Positions 55,835-64,000 of a stretch of DNA of 64,000 bases are shown one piece after another (the stretch's first letter is position 1; each line of letters opens with the position of its first letter). The position numbers were made by a program, and so were the translations under genes. Below the pieces are notes generated by a model. That model searched no databases, was not told where the DNA came from, and worked only from the letters and a program-made list of their open reading frames with translations. Source of the DNA: an uncultured Meiothermus sp. (lineage in GTDB: Bacteria > Deinococcota > Deinococci > Deinococcales > Thermaceae); contig CALFDH010000004.1 in the NCBI GenBank assembly GCA_937950405.1, positions 4,316 to 68,315 on the forward strand. Reading direction: 5' to 3'.

Positions 55835-57147
55835 GCGGGCCGATTGTGAGTGGTAAAGACCCGCGCTTCGAAAAGACGCTGTACAAGCACGTAGGCCAGC
55901 CGGGTTCCTGGACGCTTGCGTACTACCTGGCCCACGGGGGTTACCAGGCCATTCGCAAGGCCATCCAGCAGGGCCAGGACTGGGTGATTGAGGAGGTAAA
56001 AAAGTCCGGCTTACGGGGGCGTGGGGGGGCGGGCTTTCCCACCGGGCTCAAGTGGAGCTTCATGCCCAGGAACTCAGGCAAGCAGCACTACATCGTTTGC
56101 AACGCAGATGAGTCGGAGCCGGGCTCCTTCAAAGATCGTTACTTGATGGAAGACGACCCGCACCAGCTGATCGAGGGCATGATGATTGCCGGGGTGGGCA
56201 TCCAGGCCAGCAAGGGCTACATCTACATCCGGGGTGAGTACCGCCGGGCCTATGACCGCCTGGTTGCGGCCATTCAGGAAGCCTATGCGCAGGGCTATCT
56301 GGGTCAGAACGTGATGGGTACGGGTTTCAACTTCGACCTCTATGTGCACCGGGGGGCCGGGGCCTACATCTGCGGTGAGGAGACCGCCCTGATGAACTCC
56401 CTCGAGGGCCTCCGTGCCAACCCCCGCATGAAACCGCCCTTCCCGGCTCAGGCGGGCCTGTGGGGAATGCCCACCACCATCAACAACGTAGAGTCGCTTT
56501 GCTCGGTGGTGCACATCATCGAGCGCGGGGCCGATTGGTTTGCCAGCATGGGCACCGAAAAATCCAAAGGCCATAAGCTCTTTCAGGTGAGCGGCCCCTT
56601 CAAACGTCCCGGCGTGTATGAGCTGCCCCTGGGAACCACTTTCCGCGAGTTACTTTATGACTTTGCGGGTGGTCCTACCGAACCCATACAGGCCATCATT
56701 CCGGGGGGTTCCTCCTGTCCACCGCTGCCCTGGAACGACGAAATCCTCGATACGCCCATGGACTACGAATCCATCAGCGCCAAAGGCTCACTGCTGGGCA
56801 CCGGGGGGGTGATTGGCATCCCGGCCAGTATGAGCATGGTGGACGCGATGTGGAACGTGACCCGCTTTTACGGCCACGAGTCCTGCGGGAAGTGTACTCC
56901 CTGCCGCGAGGGGGTCTCGGGCTGGATGGTGAGCCTCTTTGAGAAAATTGGCTCAGGGCAGGGCCAGAAGGGCGATGTGGAGCTGCTGGAGGGCATGCTC
57001 GACCAGATAGAAGGCCGCAGCTTCTGTGCCCTGGCCGATGCGGCCTGTTGGCCGGTGCGGGGTAGCCTGAAGCACTTCCGCCACCAGTTTGTGGACGTGG
57101 TAGAAAACGGCAAGCCCGTTGAGCGGGCGGGAAGCCGCTGGGGGTGA
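55831..57147 (+). CDS. nuoF: NADH-quinone oxidoreductase subunit F
   Basis: [38 protein letters not shown]. Confidence 0.97.
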   Translation: MSGPIVSGKDPRFEKTLYKHVGQPGSWTLAYYLAHGGYQAIRKAIQQGQDWVIEEVKKSGLRGRGGAGFPTGLKWSFMPRNSGKQHYIVCNADESEPGSFKDRYLMEDDPHQLIEGMMIAGVGIQASKGYIYIRGEYRRAYDRLVAAIQEAYAQGYLGQNVMGTGFNFDLYVHRGAGAYICGEETALMNSLEGLRANPRMKPPFPAQAGLWGMPTTINNVESLCSVVHIIERGADWFASMGTEKSKGHKLFQVSGPFKRPGVYELPLGTTFRELLYDFAGGPTEPIQAIIPGGSSCPPLPWNDEILDTPMDYESISAKGSLLGTGGVIGIPASMSMVDAMWNVTRFYGHESCGKCTPCREGVSGWMVSLFEKIGSGQGQKGDVELLEGMLDQIEGRSFCALADAACWPVRGSLKHFRHQFVDVVENGKPVERAGSRWG

Positions 57148-57150
57148 GGT

Positions 57151-57335
57151 TTGAAGGTGAAGGAGGTGATTGAACGCTTGGAGAGAGAGGGCTGGGTTCT
57201 GGTGCGAACCAAAGGTTCCCATCGGCAGTTCAAACACCCTAGCAAGCCAGGTAGGCTGACGGTAGCGGGCAAACCCGCGATGACCTTCCTCCAGGAACCC
57301 TCAGCAGCATATTCAAACAAGCCGGTTGGAAGTGA
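57151..57335 (+). pseudogene. hicA: HicA toxin, frameshifted near 57277
   Basis: GWVLVRTKGSHRQFKHP; the conserved end DDLPPGTLSSIFKQAGWK* lies in another frame (1-nt deletion). Confidence 0.85.
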
Positions 57336-57346
57336 TGGAGGGGTTT

Positions 57347-57559
57347 ATGCGGTATGCGGTTGCAATTGAGAAGGCAGAATCCAACTATGCGGCTTATGTA
57401 CCCGACTTGCCGGGCTGTGTGGCCACCGGGGAAACGGTCGAGGAAGTCAAACGCCTCGTTCAGGAGGCTATTTTGCTACATCTGGAAGGGATGCGAGAGG
57501 ATGGCGAACCGATTCCCAAGCCTGGAAGCCTGGTGGAGTACGTAGAGGTTGCGGCGTAG
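57347..57559 (+). CDS. hicB: HicB antitoxin (short form, no DNA-binding domain)
   Basis: YVPDLPGCVATGETVEE...EDGEPIP; SD GGAGG. Confidence 0.92.
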   Translation: MRYAVAIEKAESNYAAYVPDLPGCVATGETVEEVKRLVQEAILLHLEGMREDGEPIPKPGSLVEYVEVAA

Positions 57560-57576
57560 AGGGGTCTGGGGGTGAC

Positions 57577-59943
57577 ATGGTAAAAGTTAGCGTCAACGAT
57601 AAAACCGTTGAGGTGCCGAGTGGCACCTCGGTCATGGATGCCATCTTCCATGCGGGCTACGACGTGCCCCTGTTCTGCGCCGAGAAGCACCTCTCACCCG
57701 TGGGGGCCTGCCGGATGTGCCTGGTCAAGACCGGTAGCCCCCGCAAGGGGCCGGACGGCCAGTTCATCCTGGAAAATGGGCAGCCCAAGATTTTCTGGAT
57801 GCCCAAGTTATCGGCGGCCTGCATCACGGCGGTCAGCGATGGCATGGTAATCGATACCCTTTCCGACGAGGTGAAACACGCCCAGTCGGGGATGGTCGAA
57901 CTCACGCTCTTCAACCACCCGCTCGACTGCCCCACCTGCGACAAAGGCGGGGCCTGCGAGCTGCAAGACCGCAGCTACGAGTATGGCCTGGTGGAAAAGT
58001 TCTACCAGCCCGACCCCATGGAGCTGCCCCTCTACACCCGCTTTGAGATGACCCGGCGGCACGTGGACAAGCACCACACCCTTTCGCCTTTCATCGTCCT
58101 CGACCGCGAACGCTGCATTCACTGCAAGCGCTGCGTGCGCTACTTCGAGGAGATCCCGGGCGACGAGGTGCTAGACTTTATTGAGCGGGGGGTGCACACC
58201 TTCATCAACAGCGAAGAGGCGGGCCTGCCCTCTAATTTCACCGGCAACATCGTGGATATCTGCCCTGTTGGTGCCCTGCTCGACCAAACCGCCCGCTTCC
58301 GGGCCCGCAACTGGGAGTACGACTCCACCGAGACCACCTCGATGGACGATGCCTGTGGGGCGGCCATCACGGTAGATACCCGCAGCGGCTTGTTGGAGCG
58401 CATTCGCGCGGCGGAGCGCCGCGAGGTAAACGAGGTCTGGATTTCCGATGCTGCCCGCTTTGGCCACGAATGGGTCAACGAGAACCGGGTGCGCTCCCCG
58501 CTGCTACGCAAAGATGGAAAACTGGTCGAAGCCACCTGGGAAGAAGCCCTGCTGGCTATTGGAAAGGGCCTGGCGGGGGTTGACAAGGCCGATATCGGCC
58601 TCTACCTGGGGGGTAACAGCACCCTCGAGGAGGGTCTGGCGGCGGTGGAACTGGCCAATGCCCTGGGAACAAATCACCGCGACTTCCAGGGCCGCACCGC
58701 CTACCCCGTTTCGGTCTTTTCACCGGCCAGCTTTGATGACTTGCTGGACGCCGGGTTTGTACTGGTTCTGGGCGACCCCGCCGAAGAAGCCCCTACCGTG
58801 CATCTGCGGCTCTCGGAATTTAGCCGTGGCCTGAAGCCTGCTGACAGGCTGAACCACGGCACACCCTTTGCCGACCTCAACATCAAAGAGCGGATGCCAC
58901 GCCTCACCGAGAAGCTAGCCCTTTTCAGCGCCTACCCTTCCAACACCGCAAAGTGGGCGGGGGCCTGCGCCGTGCATGCGCCGGGGGCCGAGGCGGTCTT
59001 GCTCTCGGCTTTACTGGATCAGATGGAAGCTCCTGCCGGAATGAGGGAGCAGCTAGCCTGGGTCAAGGGCAGGCTGTCGGCCGGTCAGAAGATTGTTCTG
59101 GTGTTGGGCGCAGGGGTGCTCAACCAGCCCGAAGCGGCCATGAAGGCCAAGCAACTGGCTGAGCGCACCGGCGCTCGGGTCATGTGCATGACGCAGGCGG
59201 CCAACGCCCGGGGCCTCGAGGCTTTGGGATTGTTCCCGGCCAAAGGGGGTGCGGGTTGGACCGAGACGGGGCCCAAAGCGGTCTACTACGGTTACCTGCC
59301 CACCGAAGCCCAGCTCAGGGCGGCTTCCTTCCGCATCCTGCACCTGACCCACCGGCACCCGCTGGCCGAGAGGTATGCCGATGTGGTGCTGCCCAACCAG
59401 ACCGCTTATGAAAAGCGGGGTCACACGGTAAACCTGGAAGGCCGGGTGCTACCTCTGGAGCCTTCTGGCATCCACAATGGCGAAGCCGATGGCGCAGTAG
59501 CGGCCCTGGGCTTGATTGCCGAGGCTGCTGGGGTGAAGACGCCCTTCCGTCTGGTGCGTCAGGCTACCCGTTGGCTGGTTGAAAAACACAAACTACCTTC
59601 GGTGATGGAGCGCTGGTTGCCCAAGACGGCAGGCTGGGCGGCCTCGGAGTCGGATGTAACCAAAGGTCAACTTTACCTGCGCCCCACCATGTGGCGGTCG
59701 GAGCAGTTGGTTGGGGCGGTGGCCAAGGTGGTACAGGTCAAGCTGGAGATGAGCCTGGAGACTGCCAAGGCCAACGGCCTGGCCGATGGTTACCTGGTTG
59801 AGTTGGAGACCCCGAGAGGAGTCGAGAAACTCGAGGTCAAGGTGGTGCCCGGCCTCCCCGATGGGGTGATGTATCTGCCCGCGCTGGGCGCCTGGGCGGG
59901 CCGCCGTCTGGCGGCCCGGGTACTGGTGGGGGGTGAAGCATGA
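57577..59943 (+). CDS. nuoG: NADH-quinone oxidoreductase subunit G
   Basis: [41 protein letters not shown]. Confidence 0.96.
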   Translation: MVKVSVNDKTVEVPSGTSVMDAIFHAGYDVPLFCAEKHLSPVGACRMCLVKTGSPRKGPDGQFILENGQPKIFWMPKLSAACITAVSDGMVIDTLSDEVKHAQSGMVELTLFNHPLDCPTCDKGGACELQDRSYEYGLVEKFYQPDPMELPLYTRFEMTRRHVDKHHTLSPFIVLDRERCIHCKRCVRYFEEIPGDEVLDFIERGVHTFINSEEAGLPSNFTGNIVDICPVGALLDQTARFRARNWEYDSTETTSMDDACGAAITVDTRSGLLERIRAAERREVNEVWISDAARFGHEWVNENRVRSPLLRKDGKLVEATWEEALLAIGKGLAGVDKADIGLYLGGNSTLEEGLAAVELANALGTNHRDFQGRTAYPVSVFSPASFDDLLDAGFVLVLGDPAEEAPTVHLRLSEFSRGLKPADRLNHGTPFADLNIKERMPRLTEKLALFSAYPSNTAKWAGACAVHAPGAEAVLLSALLDQMEAPAGMREQLAWVKGRLSAGQKIVLVLGAGVLNQPEAAMKAKQLAERTGARVMCMTQAANARGLEALGLFPAKGGAGWTETGPKAVYYGYLPTEAQLRAASFRILHLTHRHPLAERYADVVLPNQTAYEKRGHTVNLEGRVLPLEPSGIHNGEADGAVAALGLIAEAAGVKTPFRLVRQATRWLVEKHKLPSVMERWLPKTAGWAASESDVTKGQLYLRPTMWRSEQLVGAVAKVVQVKLEMSLETAKANGLADGYLVELETPRGVEKLEVKVVPGLPDGVMYLPALGAWAGRRLAARVLVGGEA

Positions 59944-61289
59944 TGTCGCTTTGCAACAGGGGACAGGGGCCAGGGGACAGGGCACAGGGTCTGAACCCAT
60001 TTGAGCGGATCGCCTCGAGTGGCCCTGCCCCCACTCCCTATCTTTGCAGCGCAGGCCAGAATCCAGCCATCTCCCTTCAAAAGCTCCTTTCTTTCAGCCT
60101 GCTGCTGATTGCCGGACTGTCCTTGGCTGCAGACCCCACTACGGCTGCCACCGCCAACCCCACCGACCCGCTCTGGATGGTCGGCATCAAGGCTTTTCTG
60201 GTAATTTTTGGTTTGCTCACCGCTTTTGCTTACATGACCCTGATCGAGCGGCGTCTCCTGGCCCGTATCCAGATTCGCCAGGGGCCTAACCGGGTTGGGC
60301 CTAACGGGTTGTTTCAGCCCATTGCGGACGCCATTAAGTCCATCTTCAAAGAGGACATCATCGTGGCCAGGGCGGACAAGGTCATTTTTGTGATGGCCCC
60401 GCTGATTTCGGTCACCTTCGCGCTCCTGACCTTCGGCCTAATTCCCTTTGGCCCTAAGGACGCTTTCTTTGGCTACGATCCCTGGGTGATTGACCTGGAC
60501 GTGGGCATTCTCTACGTCTTTGCGGTTTCGGAGATGGCCATTTACGGCATCTTCCTGGCGGGCTGGGCTTCCAAGTCCAAGTACTCCTTGCTGGGTTCGC
60601 TGCGCTCCTCGGCCTCGCTCATCTCCTACGAGCTGGCCCTGGGCATCAGCTTGCTGGCGCCTGTGCTGCTGGTAGGATCGCTCAACCTGCGCGAGATTGT
60701 CGAGTGGCAGTATCAGAACGGCTGGTTGGTTCTGTACATGCTGCCGGCTTTTGCCATTTTCTTGCTAACTAGCATGGCCGAGGCCGCCCGCACCCCATTC
60801 GATCTGCCGGAGGCCGAGCAAGAGCTGGTCAGCGGTTACAACACCGAGTACAGCTCCATCAAGTGGGCCTTGTTTCAGATGGCCGAGTACATTCACCTGA
60901 TCACCGCCTCGGCCATGATTCCCACCATTTTTCTGGGGGGCTGGCGGATGCCCGGGTTCCTCGAGCAAATACCCCTCATCGGGGGGTTGTTTGCCCTGCC
61001 TTTTGTCTGGATGTTCGTCAAGATTGCGCTCTTCCTGTTCTTTTTCATCTGGGTTCGGGGCACGCTTTTCCGCCTGCGCTACGATCAACTGATGGTTTTT
61101 AGCTGGGGCCGGTTGTTCCCACTTGCGCTGGCCTGGTTCGTGCTGGCCGCGCTGGTGGTGGCTTTCAAGCTACCCACCGCTACCCTGGGCTGGCTCTCAC
61201 TTCTCAGTTTGCTTGTGTTCTCGGTGTATGTCACCCTCACGGCCAAACCGAAGCCAAGAGTGACCCCCCGCATGGGTGCGGGCGACTAA
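59940..61289 (+). CDS. nuoH: NADH-quinone oxidoreductase subunit H with N-terminal extension
   Basis: [38 protein letters not shown]; ATGA coupling to nuoG; true start uncertain. Confidence 0.93.
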   Translation: MMSLCNRGQGPGDRAQGLNPFERIASSGPAPTPYLCSAGQNPAISLQKLLSFSLLLIAGLSLAADPTTAATANPTDPLWMVGIKAFLVIFGLLTAFAYMTLIERRLLARIQIRQGPNRVGPNGLFQPIADAIKSIFKEDIIVARADKVIFVMAPLISVTFALLTFGLIPFGPKDAFFGYDPWVIDLDVGILYVFAVSEMAIYGIFLAGWASKSKYSLLGSLRSSASLISYELALGISLLAPVLLVGSLNLREIVEWQYQNGWLVLYMLPAFAIFLLTSMAEAARTPFDLPEAEQELVSGYNTEYSSIKWALFQMAEYIHLITASAMIPTIFLGGWRMPGFLEQIPLIGGLFALPFVWMFVKIALFLFFFIWVRGTLFRLRYDQLMVFSWGRLFPLALAWFVLAALVVAFKLPTATLGWLSLLSLLVFSVYVTLTAKPKPRVTPRMGAGD

Positions 61290-61304
61290 ACCAAGGAGGA
61301 ACCC

Positions 61305-61844
61305 ATGAGCATTGCTGCACTGGCGCAGAGCATGGGCATCACGCTCAAGGCGCTTTTTTCCAAACCTGTAACCATTCCCTATCCCGATGCACCGGTACCG
61401 CTCAAGCCCCGCTTTCATGGCCGCCACGTGCTCACTCGGCATCCCAACGGGCTTGAAAAGTGCATTGGCTGTTCGCTGTGTGCGGCGGCCTGCCCGGCGT
61501 ATGCCATTTACGTGGAGGCGGCTGAAAATGACCCCCACAATCCGGTTAGCGCGGGGGAGCGGTATGCCAGGGTCTACGAGATCAACATGCTGCGGTGTAT
61601 CTTTTGCGGCCTTTGCGAGGAAGCCTGTCCTACCGGTGCGGTGGTGATGGGCTACGATTTCGAGATGGCCGACTACCGCTACTCCGATTTTGTGTACGGC
61701 AAGGAAGACATGCTTGTTGAAGTGCAGGGCACCAAGCCCCAGCGCCGTGAGGCGGCCTATACCGGTAAGCCGGTCAAGAAGGGCTACAGCGTACCCTACG
61801 TGCGTCCTGAGCTCGAGGGCGTCAAGCCGCCTCAACAAAAGTAG
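61305..61844 (+). CDS. nuoI: NADH-quinone oxidoreductase subunit I
   Basis: [24 protein letters not shown]. Confidence 0.97.
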   Translation: MSIAALAQSMGITLKALFSKPVTIPYPDAPVPLKPRFHGRHVLTRHPNGLEKCIGCSLCAAACPAYAIYVEAAENDPHNPVSAGERYARVYEINMLRCIFCGLCEEACPTGAVVMGYDFEMADYRYSDFVYGKEDMLVEVQGTKPQRREAAYTGKPVKKGYSVPYVRPELEGVKPPQQK

Positions 61845-61986
61845 GATTTTGAACCGGTAACTTCAAGGGTTCACAGGGCTCGCTCACACCTACGACATGT
61901 TCGCCAATGAGCGTTTTTCTGGTTAGAATCACCCCGATTATGAGTGACCGGGAGAACCCGATGCCGCAAGTCCTATGGAGGAACCA

Positions 61987-62586
61987 ATGAGTGTCGGATT
62001 ATGGGAAGTCCTTGCCCTGCTGTTGCTGATTGGCAGTGGCCTGGCGGTGGTACGGCTGCAGAATGCCGTCCATGCCGCACTGGCCCTGATAGCCAATTTC
62101 CTGGTGGTGGCGGGCGTATATGTGGCCCTCGAGGCCCGCTTTGTGGCCATGATTCAGATTATCGTCTATGCCGGGGCCATCGTGGTGCTGTTTCTGTTTG
62201 TGATCATGCTGCTCTCGGCAGCCAGTGCCAATGTGGGGCAAGACCTGATGCCCCGGCTGCCCTGGGTGGCAGGGCTGGGTGCTATCGGCCTGGCCGGACT
62301 GCTGACCTTTGCGGTTACCCGGTTTCAGCCACCAGCCAATGCGCCCGCTCTGGGCGGCGGGCTGCCCCAGGCCCTGGGGCCGCTGCTCTACGACCCCGAG
62401 AAGTGGCTCTACGCGCTCCTGGCGGTGGGCTTCTTGTTGCTGGTGGCTACGGTGGCGGCAGTGGTGCTGATTGAGCCGGAGCGCATTATTTCGGCGACCG
62501 GCCACCCAGCCCACCCCCGCCGGGACAAAATGCCCACCCCCCCGATGTCTGAGCAAAAAGATGAGAAGGCGGTGGTGAAGCGATGA
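61987..62586 (+). CDS. nuoJ: NADH-quinone oxidoreductase subunit J
   Basis: QIIVYAGAIVVLFLFVIML; SD GGAGG before ATG 61987. Confidence 0.94.
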   Translation: MSVGLWEVLALLLLIGSGLAVVRLQNAVHAALALIANFLVVAGVYVALEARFVAMIQIIVYAGAIVVLFLFVIMLLSAASANVGQDLMPRLPWVAGLGAIGLAGLLTFAVTRFQPPANAPALGGGLPQALGPLLYDPEKWLYALLAVGFLLLVATVAAVVLIEPERIISATGHPAHPRRDKMPTPPMSEQKDEKAVVKR

Positions 62587-62873
62587 TCTGGCTGATAGCT
62601 TCCGCATTGTTGTTCTCGATGGGGGCTTACGGTGCGCTGACCCGGCGCACCGCCATTCTTGTGTTTCTTTCAATCGAGCTGATGCTCAACGCAGCAGCAC
62701 TCTCGCTGATTAGTTTTTCCAGGCTCTATGGCAGTCTGGATGGGCAGGTGGTGGTGCTCTTTATCATCGCCATTGCTGCCGCCGAGGTGGCGGTGGGCCT
62801 GGGTCTAATTGTGGCCATTTTCCGCCGCCGCGAGACCACGAGTGTGGACGAGCTGCGGCAACTAAGGGGGTAA
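62583..62873 (+). CDS. nuoK: NADH-quinone oxidoreductase subunit K
   Basis: [18 protein letters not shown]. Confidence 0.95.
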   Translation: MIWLIASALLFSMGAYGALTRRTAILVFLSIELMLNAAALSLISFSRLYGSLDGQVVVLFIIAIAAAEVAVGLGLIVAIFRRRETTSVDELRQLRG

Positions 62874-62875
62874 AC

Positions 62876-64000
62876 GTGCAAGAGACCCTTTTTCTACCCC
62901 TGATTATTGCACTCCCCTTGCTGGGGTTTGTGATTCTGGGCTTGTCTGGCAAGCGCATCGGTGAACCTGCTGCAGGCTGGCTGGCCTCGTTACTGGTTCT
63001 GGGCAGTTTTTTGCTGGGTTTGGTTTTGCTGTTGCAAGGCGGTGCCAGGTGGACGCTGGCCGAGTGGCTACCGGGCATTCCCTTCAGCCTGAACCTGGAC
63101 AACCTCTCGGGTGTCATGCTGATGGTGGTGGCCGGGGTTGGCTTCCTGATTCACGTCTGGGCCATTGGCTACATGCACGGCGACCCCGGGTATAGCCGCT
63201 TTTTCAGCTACTTCAACCTGTTTATCGCGGCCATGCTGGTGCTCATTCTGGGCGACAGCCTGCCGGTGGTGTTTATCGGCTGGGAGGGGGTTGGGCTGGC
63301 CTCTTACCTACTGATTGGTTTCTGGTACCAAGAGCGGGTCAACGCCGACTCGGCCCGTAAAGCCTTCATCGTCAACCGCATCGGCGACCTGGGCTTTTTG
63401 CTGGCTATGGGCCTATTGTGGAGCATGTTTGGCACCCTCTCCATCTCCGAACTCGTTGAGAAAGTAGAAGCCGGAGGCTACAGCTTTACCACCCTCACCC
63501 TGGCCGGCTTCTTTCTCCTGATTGGAGCCATAGGTAAAAGCGCCCAGGTGCCCCTGACGGTCTGGCTACCCGATGCCATGGCCGGCCCCACGCCGGTCTC
63601 GGCTTTGATTCACGCCGCTACCATGGTGACGGCGGGGGTGTATCTACTGGTGCGCCACGCCTTTATCCTGCACGGCGATGGTTTCCTGGCGGGCCTGATT
63701 GTGACTGTCGGTCTTCTAACCGCATTCTATGGCGCTCTGTGTTCGCTGGGTCAGTGGGATATCAAGCGCATAGTGGCCTATACAACCCTTTCGCAGCTGG
63801 GTTTCATGTTTGTGGCGGTAGGGGTGGGAGCGTACTGGGTGGCCATTTTCCACATCGTGACCCACGCTTTCTTCAAGGCCCTGATGTTCATGACCTCTGG
63901 CTCGGTGATTCACGCCCTGGGGGGCGAGCAGGACGTGCGGCAGATGGGCGGGATGCGCAAGTACCTGCCGGCCACGCACCTGCACGGCCTGGTGGCTACC
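62876..64000 (+). CDS. nuoL: NADH-quinone oxidoreductase subunit L (runs off the window)
   Basis: GTG start [11 protein letters not shown]; [48 protein letters not shown]. Confidence 0.95.
   Translation, partial: MQETLFLPLIIALPLLGFVILGLSGKRIGEPAAGWLASLLVLGSFLLGLVLLLQGGARWTLAEWLPGIPFSLNLDNLSGVMLMVVAGVGFLIHVWAIGYMHGDPGYSRFFSYFNLFIAAMLVLILGDSLPVVFIGWEGVGLASYLLIGFWYQERVNADSARKAFIVNRIGDLGFLLAMGLLWSMFGTLSISELVEKVEAGGYSFTTLTLAGFFLLIGAIGKSAQVPLTVWLPDAMAGPTPVSALIHAATMVTAGVYLLVRHAFILHGDGFLAGLIVTVGLLTAFYGALCSLGQWDIKRIVAYTTLSQLGFMFVAVGVGAYWVAIFHIVTHAFFKALMFMTSGSVIHALGGEQDVRQMGGMRKYLPATHLHGLVAT

Overview
A high-GC (roughly 60-65%) bacterial chromosome segment, almost certainly Meiothermus (Deinococcota). 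The Lon, D-hydantoinase, EF-G2 and Nqo/Nuo proteins are Thermaceae-like, and many genes have a TANNNT box 6-8 nt before the start codon (leaderless pattern). The genes are mostly housekeeping or metabolic: Zn/Mn ABC end, Rrf2-iscS, a nonsense-interrupted acyl-CoA ligase, M20 amidohydrolase, acnA, EF-G2, recN, a GAF-GGDEF cyclase, marC-argR-rpoZ-gmk, neopullulanase, class II ribonucleotide reductase (NrdR boxes), lon (perfect HAIR), a reductive pyrimidine catabolism cluster (preT-preA-hydA-ABC-ureidopropionase-PucR) with extra cargo genes, and nuoA-L with a hicAB module inside. No rRNA, tRNA, CRISPR array, prophage or transposase was seen. The most unusual signals are: (1) strong over-representation of CTCGAG, also in non-Leu-Glu frames and between genes, resembling a HIP1-type palindrome; (2) dense, nested non-autonomous MITE/REP-like families with clear TIRs and TSDs, with related repeats sitting in-frame in NrdJ and the NuoH N-terminus and one end forming a -10 box; (3) a candidate switchable leader RNA before preT; (4) a tandem pair of uncharacterised paralogues; (5) loss of the N7 Fe-S motif in NuoG. 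All family assignments come from motif recognition by eye; no searches were run.
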